29,047 nucleotides of DNA from Paraspadella gotoi (taxonomy: Eukaryota; Animalia; Chaetognatha): NCBI GenBank assembly GCA_051294375.1, contig JBJCIZ010000467.1:1-29047 (forward strand), in the 5' to 3' direction. Below are positions 1-10,780 of this stretch, piece after piece. The position numbers and the translations under genes were made by a program. Positions within the stretch are counted from its first letter, which is position 1, and each line of letters opens with the position of its first letter. Under the pieces are notes generated by a model, which made no database searches, was not told the origin of the DNA, and saw nothing but the letters and a program-made list of their open reading frames with translations.

Positions 1-1882
1 AGGGTCTACGTCTTCTTATCTGTCCCTCTAGAGAGAGAGGAGGCGTCCGCTTTTGAAGAACGATGGGGCGATTGTCTGAACAAGACTTCCGTTGTTGCAG
101 CGCGCCAGGCGCTCTCTGGCCGACTTGTTGAGCGTGGAGCGTCTCTAAGACTGAAAAATGCGACGCATTGGGGGGCGGCTGAGCCAAGCGACCCTCTCCT
201 CTCGAAGATCGTTAGATCGAAGCTCGCGTTTCGGAGGTGGTAGGTTGAAAAGGTCGCAGTGCGAGACGGTGAGGGGAGAGAAGATTAAATTCAAGAACAG
301 GGCGGAAGCCCCGCCGCTTAATTAAGACATTAGAGTAATGTGAAATATGATAAAAATTTTAAAAATTAAAATTTTAGCATATAAAAACGTATATGTGGAT
401 AAGGCATCTTAAGTGGGCTGAAAAGAGTGACTACGGGCCGTAAAAACTTCTAATAGGACCGCCCTCTTAACAGCTATGTGAGAATCGGTCCTCCGGCTTT
501 GCGAACGCAGGCTTGAAGCGGTTTGTTGGCCACGAACGGCCACCAAGGCGCGCTTACGGCCGTACCCTCTATTACACTTCCGCTGCAGGTAGTACCGGGT
601 TGGGATTGACCAGGTAGCCGTGAGCTGGGAGATTTACATAAGCTATGGGTTTTACTCAAATGAGCCAACCGGGGATCACTGACTGAAGGTTGCTCCAGGT
701 GCTATAAGAGGCGGGTGTGAACTTTGCAATGCCCGATCTACATATATATATATATTATATTAGTGGGCACCAGTGAGCTATCATTTATATATAGTAATAG
801 TATAATAATGGCTTAAACACTGTATTAAATACGGAAATTTTTAAAATTTCTTAAGATTGGATTTAGATTCTTGTGCAGAAAGTTAATATATGAAGTAATA
901 ATTCTTGTTGGTCCAAGAAATCTAAAAAAAATATATTTAAGATGCAAGCAGGGTTTTAATTTTTTTGAGCTTTTATAGACAATGAACTGGGCGAAGTAAT
1001 GAGGTCCATCGGGCATAGCTAAAGCGATGAAGGATAGAACCGTCAAGTCTCAAAGGGCCTTTCTCACATATGCCATAGCAGGGAAGAGGAGTAGGATAGG
1101 GATGTAGTTACCGAGATCGTTTAATAATCCGAGAGGATGAAAGTATCTCTCGGTGAACGGAAGGTATTACCAGGTAAGGGGTACAAACAAAGGAATAAAG
1201 GGTACATAAAAGGGAGAGAAAGGGAAGGGAAGCTTTGGCAGACGCCGCTGAGCACCGAGAGGTAGAAGTGGAGAGAGTGGAGTCCGATCTCCAAGACTCT
1301 ATCCGTGACTCCGGGGATGAAAGAGGTAGTGGGGACGACGAGGGGAGGAGGGGCGTTGAGAGGGGAAGAGAAGGCCTCGGAGGAGAGAGGTGAGTTCTGG
1401 CGGTAAAGGTGAGCTCTCTAAATCTTGAATTATAATTTTATAAATTTTAAACCTAAAAACTTATGACATAATTTTTGAAAAAAGATTTATAGTTTTTTTT
1501 AAACCATCTTTTAACAAGGATATCTGAATATCTTGTTCTCAAAAATTTTAAAAAAAAACTTTTAAAATCTTTGACATTTAATATAAGGGTAATACTATAG
1601 TCAAAATAAGACTGACTGGCTACTATAGTTTATATCAAAAAAAAGTAAACTATAGATTAGTTAATTCACTAATATAATAGTTTTATAAGATATATACTGC
1701 TAAAATTTTGATTCCAAACTTTCACTCACCCTGTTGAACCATAATCATTCAATTATTTTATCAATGAAAATTGGAACAACAATAAAAACAATTATCCCTG
1801 CCACGAGTATTTTGTTCTCTCTCTCTTCTTCTCCTGCTCTCTAATGCCCTCCCTCTCTCTGGGATTGTTTTGGCCAGTAATC
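1..1882 (-). CDS. M1 family aminopeptidase-like gene (aminopeptidase N-like, type II membrane), 5' exons; frameshifted, continues off the left edge
   Basis: Approximate exons ~1730-1882, ~975-1418, ~388-737, 1-~320 are GC-richer blocks separated by AT-rich blocks. First exon reads MITGQNNPREREGIREQEKKRENKILVAGIIVFIVVPIFI (TM anchor) and ends at a GTGAGT donor (~1729). Motifs in M1 order, read across indels: RLP..VVP.HY (~1325-1356), IGLHSLH (~1265-1290), LAMPDGPHYFAQFIV (ORF 825-1046; cf. AFPCFDEPxFKAxF), HP..IAL.N (~690-720), MPYP (~396-407), LTIFRE (~196-217), VG.ELARCNNGSLV (~78-124; cf. HELAHQWFGNLV), LEG (~25-35). Confidence 0.5.
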
Positions 1883-3365
1883 ATATTCGTTGATTTCGTT
1901 TTTGCCTTCTTGTTGAATAATTTTTTGTCCAGATAAATACATATTTTCTTTCTTTTCACATTACTCGTATTCTCTCCGCTTCCAATCCATTCATTTAATT
2001 AAATAACTGGGGATGAGCATCGTTTCTACAAACTTATTGAGTATTTTTTAATAAATTTGGTATCCCCCGGATGCGATAGGAATTTAAAATAACTATGTTT
2101 ATAGCAAGAATTTCATAAAAAATCGGATAATCCGTCATGAAAACAAGTCGCGTGAAAAATCGCCGCTTGTCAAAATCGAATCAACTTTCGGCTTAAAAGA
2201 GGAAAGGTCATTCATGCATAACCAATAATTGTAATCATTTGATGTATTAGAGCTAATATATCGAGAAATACATTGATATCATCAGTAATCACAAAAAATA
2301 AGTTTTTATTTATATTGTAAAACATTCTGTTTTAATCATTTTTTTTTAAATGGGTAAATAACAAAATTGTTAAGTAAATGGGTAAGGCTCATTGTTTTTA
2401 AAGATTTTTGGGATTTTCAAAATCTGGTTGTTAAAAATAAATTCTAGGTAAGAAGTTAAATACAGCAGTATGGGGTTTGTTTTAGAAGGGGAGAATTAAA
2501 ATTAATCTCGTTACGTCACTGGTTGGGTTTTCCAGTCATGAATCAAAAATCTTTCAAGTTAAAAATAGATGGTAAAGGAGATTCGAACTACAATGAATTA
2601 GCACTGAATTGTTGAAGAAGTTGGCAGCCTAAACGACTGCAATAATATTGATTAAATTTTGATTAGCGAATCTTAAACATTTGTAAAAAAATGTAATAAG
2701 AGAGAAAAGCATTTTGATAAACGTGTTCCAGTTAGAAAGAATTCAGGGTTTAAAGTTTAAAAACGTTTCATTTTCAAGGATACAAGTTGAAATTGTAAAA
2801 ATGTCTCTCTATTTACATTTTTCGAATTCACTAATAAAAAATTCATAAAAAAATATCAGATGGATTGGGCCTTTTCGTTTGACCTGCAACTCTTACAGAT
2901 AGGTTCTTTTTTTATATTTATATAAAACCGATATAACAATGGGGTAGTAAATGCATTCAAATGTTTAAAGTGAATAATGTTCGGAATCGCCAGGAGCTCA
3001 GCTTTTCTGAATTTCTACTCCATTTTGACCTATTTTGAAGTTGAATTGAATGACCCTTTTTCTTAAGAATCTAAAACATCGTTTTTGATCCAATAATAGG
3101 ATTTGAACCTACCGGTACGTATTAAAGCTTTAAACGGATTAATAGGCGATTATGCGCGAACGCGGGCCTAATAAGAGAAAAATTAGGAAATTAAGCGAAG
3201 CCCGGAAAAAAAAAGGAAATGCGCTTACAAATTAATAACAAAAATACATAATTATAAACAGAATATAAAAAAGGGAAAAGACAAGGAGAGCCAAGAAAGT
3301 AATAAATATATTAAAGTATTATTTTGTTTCAAGAGCATATGATTTTGGCAAGAAGATTTAGTAAG

Positions 3366-3978
3366 TTAATAGTTTGATTTGGTCTTTTCAATGCCAATAA
3401 TGATAAAAGGAAACAAATTAATTTTCTGGAAAGTAACATAATCATTTATTTTAAATAAGCACTGATCTTCAGAGACTTCTGGTCTCCCTCAAAGGTGCAT
3501 AATAACAAATTACACAAAATTTTACACCAAATAGTTTTAGGTAAGGTTTCTAACTCTTCCAAATTTGGCTGAAAATCCATTCTCCTCACTCATGGCCATT
3601 TCTTTCTCCTTCTCTGCCTTGGTTCTATAGGCTTGAGATGACCTTAACGCAAATTGTTTTTTTTCTTTATTTTCAAAGGTGACCTTAAGATGTCCTTGTC
3701 CCGATCAGGTTGCTCCAGAAATTTTCTTTCATTTCTATTTACTGTTTTAAGTTTATTCTTTTTAATATGAATACTTTCTGAGGACAATCTTTTTAATTAT
3801 ATTATTTTGTCTTGTTCTATATATTTTAAACATTCATCCTCAAATAACCCCTGGGTCAGGAAATTGAACAAGGTATTAGACTATTAATGCAATCAAAAAA
3901 GATGTTCTAAAATAAGGCAGAATCTTTATTTTATTATCTTTATGCATAATTAATTATGTTCCGATTTTCCTTTTTTCA
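3366..3978 (-). repeat. Inverted pseudo-LTR / 3' segment of the Penelope element
   Basis: e.g. AAATAAGCACTGATCTTCAGAGACTTCT (3453-3480) is the reverse complement of AGAAGTCTCTGAAGATCAGTGCTTATTT (5506-5533); similarity runs about 600 bp with small indels. Confidence 0.9.
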
Positions 3979-5618
3979 GTTCCTATATGAGCAAAAATGG
4001 TTTAGTATTAATGTGTGATAATACTTAACAATTGTTGAAACATTAAACACCCCCTTATAGTGTACGCAGAAATTAAAGATTTTTTTAGAAAATAATCTTT
4101 AAACATGCTATTTTTGTTTTTTCTCCACATACATATTACCCGTTTGGTTAATATGGTCCTATTGGTAATTCCCTTGTTAACCTGTTGGTTCTGAAATGTT
4201 TTTTACAAAATCTTGAAATAGGGCATTAAAGCCGGCTAGGAATTTATCATTAGCTAATTTTAATTATTGATAATTTTACCTTTTGCGGTCATTATGTGGA
4301 TGATATTTTAAATAAATATTCCACCAAGTTTTTGATATTGAAGCTTTTTATGACATACATTAATTCTTTTGGAACCAAGAATTCAGTTTACTTTTGATCA
4401 CAAAACTACAATGAATTTCTTTCCTGGATATAAGAATTTTAAAATGAAAATGGAAGGGCATTGAAACTAGTGTATTTAGAAAGAAAAACGCACACTTAAA
4501 TTTTATACCTATTTCTGCTTCCTTTTGTGATTTTAAAATCTAATAAAACTATTATTGAAACCAGTATAGAAGAGCCTTAAAATATTGTTCTAATGAACAG
4601 TTGTTAAAGGATGAATTGACTTTAATAGAATCCTGGTTCTTGTTGCAAATGGATGGGACAGAGAAAAGGCAAAAGAAAGTAATATTAAAAACTGAAAGCA
4701 AGGTTCAAGAAGAGTAATTAACAAAAACTAAGAAATCCTATTATATTGATGAAATCAAAAAACAAAAATAAAGTAGAACCCAATTAACGTAAACAAAGAA
4801 TGACAATTCCTTTTCCTGGACGCGTGTAATAGCTTCTACTTTTAAATAGGTATGAAAACGTTTTTAAATATTTTACCTGCTTACAAAAAGTTGTAATCAA
4901 TAATCAAAACCTAATTAAACTTAAGATCCGGTCGCCTATGAAAACAAAAATCTGGTATTTTTGTTTATCAAATCCCTTAAAAATGTGTAAAATGTACATT
5001 GGGGAAAACTGAGCAGTTGTGGGAAAAAAAAGAAAATCGGGAACATAAGAATTATGATAAAAGATAATAAAATAAAAGATTCTGCCTATTTAGAACTATC
5101 TTTTTGATTGCACTAATACCTGTCCAATTTCCCTGACCCAGGGTTATTTGGAGGTGAATGTAAAATATTAGAACAAGAAAAATAATAAATTTAAAAAGGA
5201 TTGTCGCTTAGAAAAGTATTCATATTAAAAAGAAATAAACTTAAACAGTAAATAGAAATGAAGGAAATTTTGAGCACTGAATGGGACATAAGGCTCTTAA
5301 GGGTCACCTTTGAAAATAAAAAGACAAAAAAACAATTTTGGTTTAAGGTCATCTCAAGCACTATATGAATTCAAGGGCAGAAGAGGAGAAAGAAATGGCC
5401 AGAGTGAGGAGAATGGATTTTCAGCCAAATGGAAAGAGTAGAAACCTTACCCTAAAACTGTTTTTGTAAAATTTGTGTTAATTTGTTATGCACCTTTGAG
5501 GAGACAGAAGTCTCTGAAGATCAGTGCTTATTTAAAATAAATATAATGTTACTTGCCAGAAAATAATTTGTTTTCCTTTTTATATTATTGGCTGAAAAGA
5601 CCAAATTCAAACTATTAA
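3366..5618 (+). mobile_element. Penelope-like retroelement, 5'-truncated, with inverted copy of its 3' end at the 5' side
   Basis: Frameshifted RT motifs GPIGNSL..PV..E.FLQNLE (~4155-4217), YVDDIL (4293-4310), FLDIRI and ETSVFRK..H (~4421-4495), RRALKYCSNEQLLKDEL (~4568-4620); GIY-YIG endonuclease VYQIP..C...YIG.T (~4963-5010) and C-terminal NRNEG (~5250-5265). 3366-~3978 is the reverse complement of ~5022-5618. Confidence 0.9.
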
Positions 5619-5920
5619 AATTGAAAGTATATTGACTGATCTCAACCCAGCAAACTCTATTAAACAAACTCATTAATATGCGTTATTCAAGATAAGAGAA
5701 TTCACTACGTCACTTCACTTCACGATTAAATTCATTTTTGAAATCATTTTATTTTATGATAACTGATTTTAATATGATAGCAATAAAACTATAAATTAAG
5801 ATAATGATTGATAATGGTAAGTAAATGAATGGCAATGAATAAAATTAAGTTAAACTAATGATGATGATGATAGTTTAATATCTAAAATTTGTCATATCTG
5901 AATCCAGCATATTTTATTAT

Positions 5921-5972
5921 GACAATTTGAGCAAACATGTCGGATTTGACTACGATAATTTAGCGGTAATCA
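5921..5972 (-). mobile_element. Isolated 3' terminus of HINE family A (degenerate)
   Basis: ACAATTTGAGCAAACATGTCGGATTTGACTACGATAATTTAGCGGTAAT resembles 9368-9418 ACAAGTTTGAACAAACAATGTCGGATCTGTTCACGATCATTAGCGGTAAT. Confidence 0.55.
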
Positions 5973-5977
5973 GATTT

Positions 5978-6420
5978 AAATATGCAAGTTAAAAAAGGGT
6001 TGCAAGTTAAAAAGGTATGCAAGTTGAAAAAGGTATGCAAAGCTGAAAATAGTATGTGCAGCTGAAAAAGTATGCAAGTTGAAAAAAAGTATGCAAGTTT
6101 GAACAAAAAGTATGCAAGTTGAAAAAATTATACAAGTTGAAAAAAGTATGCAAGTTGAAAAAGTATGCAAGTTGAAAAAAGTATGCAAGTTGAAAAAGAG
6201 TGCATACTTCGAAAAAAAGTATGCATACTTCGAAAAAAAGTAGGCATACTTTAAAAAAGTAGGATACTTCAAAAAAGTAAACATAATTTAAAAAAAAGTA
6301 GGCATACTTCGAAAAGTTTATGCATAACTTTGAAAAAGTAGGCATACTTGGAAAAAGTAGTTGAAGTTGGAAAAAATGTATGCCAATTTGGAAAAAAAGT
6401 ATGCCATATTTTAAAAAAAA
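5978..6420. repeat. Minisatellite, ~18-21 bp unit (AAAAAGTATGCAAGTTG grading into AAAAAAGTATGCATACTTCG)
   Basis: Roughly 20 tandem copies visible; three further copies at 10652-10700. Confidence 0.9.
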
Positions 6421-6889
6421 AATTCTTGTAAGAAGAACAAATAAGCCTATCTGAATCCGTATCTGATATGTATGATTTTTCAATTTTTCTCTTCTTTGTC
6501 TCTTTCTCTCTTGTTAAACTTTCTTTCTCTTTAGGCTCCACGTACGATCGACGTCCTTTAGATAACGAATTTCTGAACTTTAAAATTAATTACCATTCTC
6601 TTTTGATCTCAGTGATTAGTATGAAGTTTTCTTTATTTAAAAAAACGGTTTGGTATGGTTATCTCATTCTTATTACCTAGTACTGTTCAGTTAAATTTCT
6701 ATGAGTTAAAAATACGGTAAGAACATGATTTCTTTGGAAGATTATCAATCTAATCTCATTAACACCTAATTTGAGATGAAGTATGAATGAATTTTTATGG
6801 TACCAATAACTTTTAAAGATCAAATCCTCTTTTTAATTTTTGTGGCTTTTATTTACACAAACTTTTCAGACAAGATGCCACATTATCTG

Positions 6890-7270
6890 ATACATTTTTT
6901 TTTCCTTTTCAATACCGTTTCCCTGATTCTCTTTCCTTCATCTCTTTTTTTCTCTGTGTTTCTATTTTTATCTTCCTCTTTCCTCTCCCCTACTTTTCAC
7001 GCCGTAACTTACCTTTTCTATGACTCTACCTTTCTCTGTCACTATTTGACTTTCCTTATCCTTTTTTATCGCCTTCTCTCCTTCTCTCTCTTTTCCCCTC
7101 TTTTCCCCCTCTTTTTCTTTCCATTTTTCCTTTCTTTTTCCGCCTTTCTTTATCTCCTTATTTTTTTTCTCCTTTGCCTTCTTTTTTATGCTTTTCCCCC
7201 TTTCTCTCTCATTCTCCCCTTCTCCTTTTCTTGTTCTCCCTTTCCTGTTCCCTCCCACTACTTTTCTGCA
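6890..7270. repeat. Polypyrimidine low-complexity tract
   Basis: Almost entirely C/T on + strand; explains the spurious F/L/S-rich and K/E/R-rich ORFs. Confidence 0.8.
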
Positions 7271-7379
7271 TTTACATTGAGCCAAATCAAAGAAATTTCT
7301 TAATATTCATTATAAGAAAAGAAATTTACTGTATCTCATGATTTTTCTTTCAATTTTGGTTGCCTGGCAAATTTAGTAC

Positions 7380-7422
7380 ATCGACAGATTTTGTGGAAAA
7401 TTTTTCCGCAAAATCTGTCGAT
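7380..7422. repeat. Near-perfect 43 bp palindrome
   Basis: ATCGACAGATTTTGTGGAAAA-T-TTTTCCGCAAAATCTGTCGAT: 21 bp arms, one T/G mismatch. Confidence 0.9.
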
Positions 7423-8199
7423 TCTGAGAAAAAACAAGTCCTGACGCTTTCCATTGGTTTAAAACGATGCGGTTTTTTTTGTTTTATTAACGTCAGTATG
7501 TTCCTCAACTGTTAAAACTATAAAATAAATTTAAAATCTTATCTTTATTAAAAATAAATGCAAGTCACAAAAAGTCACAAATTAATTGTGGTCTTTAAAA
7601 ATTATCTATGGCTAAACGAAATGAGTTTTTTTTCCTAAAAGTTGCAAAAATGTTACTCTTACATGATTAGAAATAGCTGGAGATGGTTTTAACTAATCCG
7701 TATTTTGGCCTAATTTATATTATGGGGCAATTTAAATTTATTTTGTTAATAGTAACTGAACAATCCTGGAAAAACTAGTTTTTTATCTGAATGCGAGGAT
7801 TGTAAGCAGAGGCTTTATTAATCAATTTCCTCGTTATTCAGCGTATTTTCATAAAGAGAAGATAAAGAGACAAACGACGCCTCGAACGCCAATATCACAG
7901 GCGTGAAATTCAAAACATTTCACACAGACCGCGTTCTAAAACGTAAAAATACGGTAAAGCCATGTTGAAATATGGTATTTATCTGGCCCGGATCGCGCAT
8001 GATCAATGCTTATTTTTAATTGATGTCCTCAACCATTTTCAATAAAGACCGGAACTTGATATCCTTTCTGTTTGCTCTAAATTTAATATAAACTCTCTAA
8101 ATTTACCCCCGCTCTACCTGAAACAGATAGTAAAAACAATACAGTTTCTTTCGATGATCTTAGAACAAAAAAAAATTGAAGGATTGACTATGCAGTTTT

Positions 8200-8584
8200 C
8201 ACCTAAAAAAGCAGTTCATTTGATTGCTTTATCAAGCAATAAAGATTGCAAGAATTTTAACTTCTTTTCATCAAGTAGAGAAGACAATAAGCTCTCCAAA
8301 ACTGTACTGATATGTATGATTTGTAAATTTTTTACTCATGAGCCAGCAGGTTTTTTGGGAAAAGAGAAAAAACGGTCTGACCAGTTCATTTAAATACCAT
8401 TTTTGGGCATGATAAAATGGGAATTTCGATCGCGCTCTACCTCCGTTGGCTTAACAAGACGCCAAGCTTTCGAAATCTACCCATATTGACATAATTTATA
8501 TGGGCCTTGAGTATGCAGTTTTGAATAGAAGTGAAATATAAAGGAATCTTGATCGAAACTTCGATTCGAACGATGCGCAGCCCT
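8200..8584 (-). mobile_element. Possible hAT-type transposon end/remnant
   Basis: Minus strand starts TAGGGCTGCGCATCGTTCGAATCGAAG at 8584 (hAT-like YAGNGNTG terminus with TCGAA subterminal motifs); partner terminus not found. Confidence 0.3.
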
Positions 8585-8589
8585 AAAAT

Positions 8590-8655
8590 AACCTACCTTG
8601 TCTCTGACTTGGGACAGGCTTTGGTGGTTTAAGGCCTCCATCACACTTAGAAGAT
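8590..8655 (-). mobile_element. Fragment of Penelope family 2 (endonuclease C-terminal tail)
   Basis: GGACAGGCTTTGGTGGTTTAAGGCCTCCATCAC matches 27478-27516. Confidence 0.6.
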
Positions 8656-8757
8656 GAAGATATATATATTGTTATTTCGAGCTTTCGGTTTCGTTGCGTT
8701 TGAAATTAGAATAAAGTGAAATTTTGTTTTTATTTTCAAGGAGAAAAAACGTAAATG

Positions 8758-8793
8758 TTTCGGCTAGTATGTTAGTATGTTAGCCTTCATCAG
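8758..8793 (-). ncRNA. Hammerhead ribozyme catalytic core (Penelope/retrozyme type)
   Basis: Minus strand: CTGATGA-A-GGCTA-acatactaacatac-TAGCC-GAAA-C, i.e. CUGANGA, 5-bp stem II, GAAA. Stems I and III could not be resolved cleanly. Confidence 0.6.
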
Positions 8794-8912
8794 CGCAATG
8801 TTGTGAAAAATTTTACAGATTTGGTATTGAAGAAGAGAGAAAAAAACAAAATTTCACTTAATTCTAAGATATATATATCTTATATTATTAGTATCTAGTC
8901 TCTCCTTTTCCT

Positions 8913-9140
8913 TTACTGGTTTTCACTCTGTCGAGTTTCCTCTTCTTCAAGTTGGCGTTGAACAAGATTCCGCCTGACTGCGTGCTGCAGAGAAGCCAAG
9001 TGCTGCCCGGCGTCCTTGAACCATTGGCAACAAACATTACAGTGACCCGCGGCGCCGGCGGTCGGCGCCGCGCTGACGGCTCCGCGTCGGCCCTTCGAAC
9101 GAGAGGGAGAAAAGCGGCGGCGGCGTCGCTCGTGGGGCAT
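8913..9140 (-). CDS. 75-aa Arg-rich protein with DBF4-type/U1-like CCHH zinc finger
   Basis: ATG at 9140; MPHERRRRRFSPSRSKGRRG...GHCNVCCQWFKDAGQHLASLQH...; spacing C-x2-C-x9-H-x5-H; GC-rich island in AT-rich surroundings, no frameshift. Confidence 0.5.
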   Translation of the reverse strand: MPHERRRRRFSPSRSKGRRGAVSAAPTAGAAGHCNVCCQWFKDAGQHLASLQHAVRRNLVQRQLEEEETRQSENQ

Positions 9141-9367
9141 CGCGCTGACGATCACGAAATAATAACTGGACTAAGTAGGTAGTAATACAGAGTACTGAGA
9201 CCTAGAAACTTTCTAAAAGTAAGACTTTCAGCGAGATAAATAAAAATAACAGCAATAAGAGCTTTTCAGATAAGTAGATAATTACGTAATAAACAAGAAC
9301 CGTAAAGTTCCGAGTTGTTGCGCTTCAGAGACTTTTTCCTGGACGCATTTCCCAATCACGCGACAAC

Positions 9368-9598
9368 ACAAGTTTGAACAAACAATGTCGGATCTGTTCA
9401 CGATCATTAGCGGTAATTAATTAATTAATTAATACAAACTACATAAATTAAAATAATAATTAATAAATTAATTAATTTGATCTGAAATGTTTGTTTTTAG
9501 ATCCTTTTGTCACTGATCACGACAAAAGCAACGACGATGATGATGGCGATAACGACAATAATGCCGATAATGATTGATTAATCGATTAAATAATTTAT
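9368..9598 (-). mobile_element. 3' portion of a minus-strand HINE family A copy
   Basis: Minus strand ends CAGATCCGAC-ATT-GTTTG-TT-CAAAC-TTGT (subTIR + hairpin + TTGT), same as 12554-12592; 9450-9598 resembles 13920-14100. Confidence 0.6.
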
Positions 9599-10746
9599 TA
9601 GTCGGATCTGCTTATCAGCAGATCCCGACTCTATAACTCACTTTGTCGGTCCGTCGGTCCGCCCCCTCAATATTGTCGGGCACACACTTATATCATGTCA
9701 GAACATCGAATTATGACAAATTATGCAAAAAAAATGATGTTCGTCCGTCCGTCCGTCCGTCCCACCTTAGAAAAACCACATTACTCGTGATTGGATGGAT
9801 GGATTTAATGAAATTTTGTGTGAGGATAGGTAAGGTGTGTGATTTGAGCTGGATATAAAGTTTCGAATGGAATCGTCCGAGTGGAAATGAGTTTAAATGG
9901 AAAAAAAAAAATATTCACTATTTCAACACCAATTGCTCATAGAGTGATGGGCTGATTGACCTGGAATTTTGTATGTGGGTAGGAAAGTGTGTGATTGAAC
10001 AGGAAATCAAGTTTCGATGGAATAGTTTGAGTGGAAATGAGTTTAAATGGAAAAAACAAAAAACCTGTTTTACTAATTGATTATGCTTCTTTTTCCTTTT
10101 ATATAAATGTATATAGCAGGATGTATTAATAAATCAAATAATTACATCAGTTAATTAATCAATTAGTAAATAAATCAATAATTAATTAATTAGTACATCA
10201 ATCCGTCCATCCGTCCCATCTTAGCAAAAAGCTCCAATAACTCGTGATTGGCTGGTTGGATTGGAATTAAATTTGTGTGTGTGAGTAGGAAAGTTGTGTG
10301 ATAAAGCTGGATATAAAAGTTTCGATGGAATCGTGTGAAGTGGAAATTAGTTTAAATGGAAAGAACATAAGTCGAATTTACTAAAACTTTTTTACTTATT
10401 TTAACAATAAATACTCTAATTAATCATAATTGGATGGATAGATTGAGTTGAAATTTTGTGTGTGGGTAGGAAAATGTGTGACGAAGCTTGATCAGTGGAA
10501 ACGTACCAGTGGAAATGAGTTTAAATGAAAAAAATATGAGTCACATTTACTTGAATCTTTTTATTTATTTTAACCCATGATAGATTGAGATGAAATTTTG
10601 TGAGCCAGTAGGAAAGTGGAGTGAAGAAGCTAGATATAAAGTTTTGACGGAATGCAAGTTGAAAAAATGATGCAAGTTGAAAAAATTATGCAAGTTAAAA
10701 AATCTTAAAAGCATAAGGATCGTCGCCTATTGCATAAAAGAGAGAG

Positions 10747-10780
<34 letters not shown>

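Noticed and set aside
2000-3360. Possible DNA-transposon/MITE debris
   Set aside because: No paired termini, second copy or coding motif could be identified in this window.
5505-5570. CTGAAGA...GAAA in the Penelope pLTR as a hammerhead
   Set aside because: No convincing stem II or cleavage triplet could be formed in either copy; at best degenerate.
5976-6541. Three overlapping minus-strand ORFs of 90-158 aa
   Set aside because: Translations of the minisatellite; F-rich repeats with no domain.
6797-7303. 168-aa hydrophobic ORF resembling a membrane protein
   Set aside because: Product of a polypyrimidine tract.
9785-10650. Regularly spaced repeats suggesting a CRISPR-like array
   Set aside because: Units are long, divergent internal repeats of a eukaryotic HINE; no unique spacers of constant length and no cas genes.
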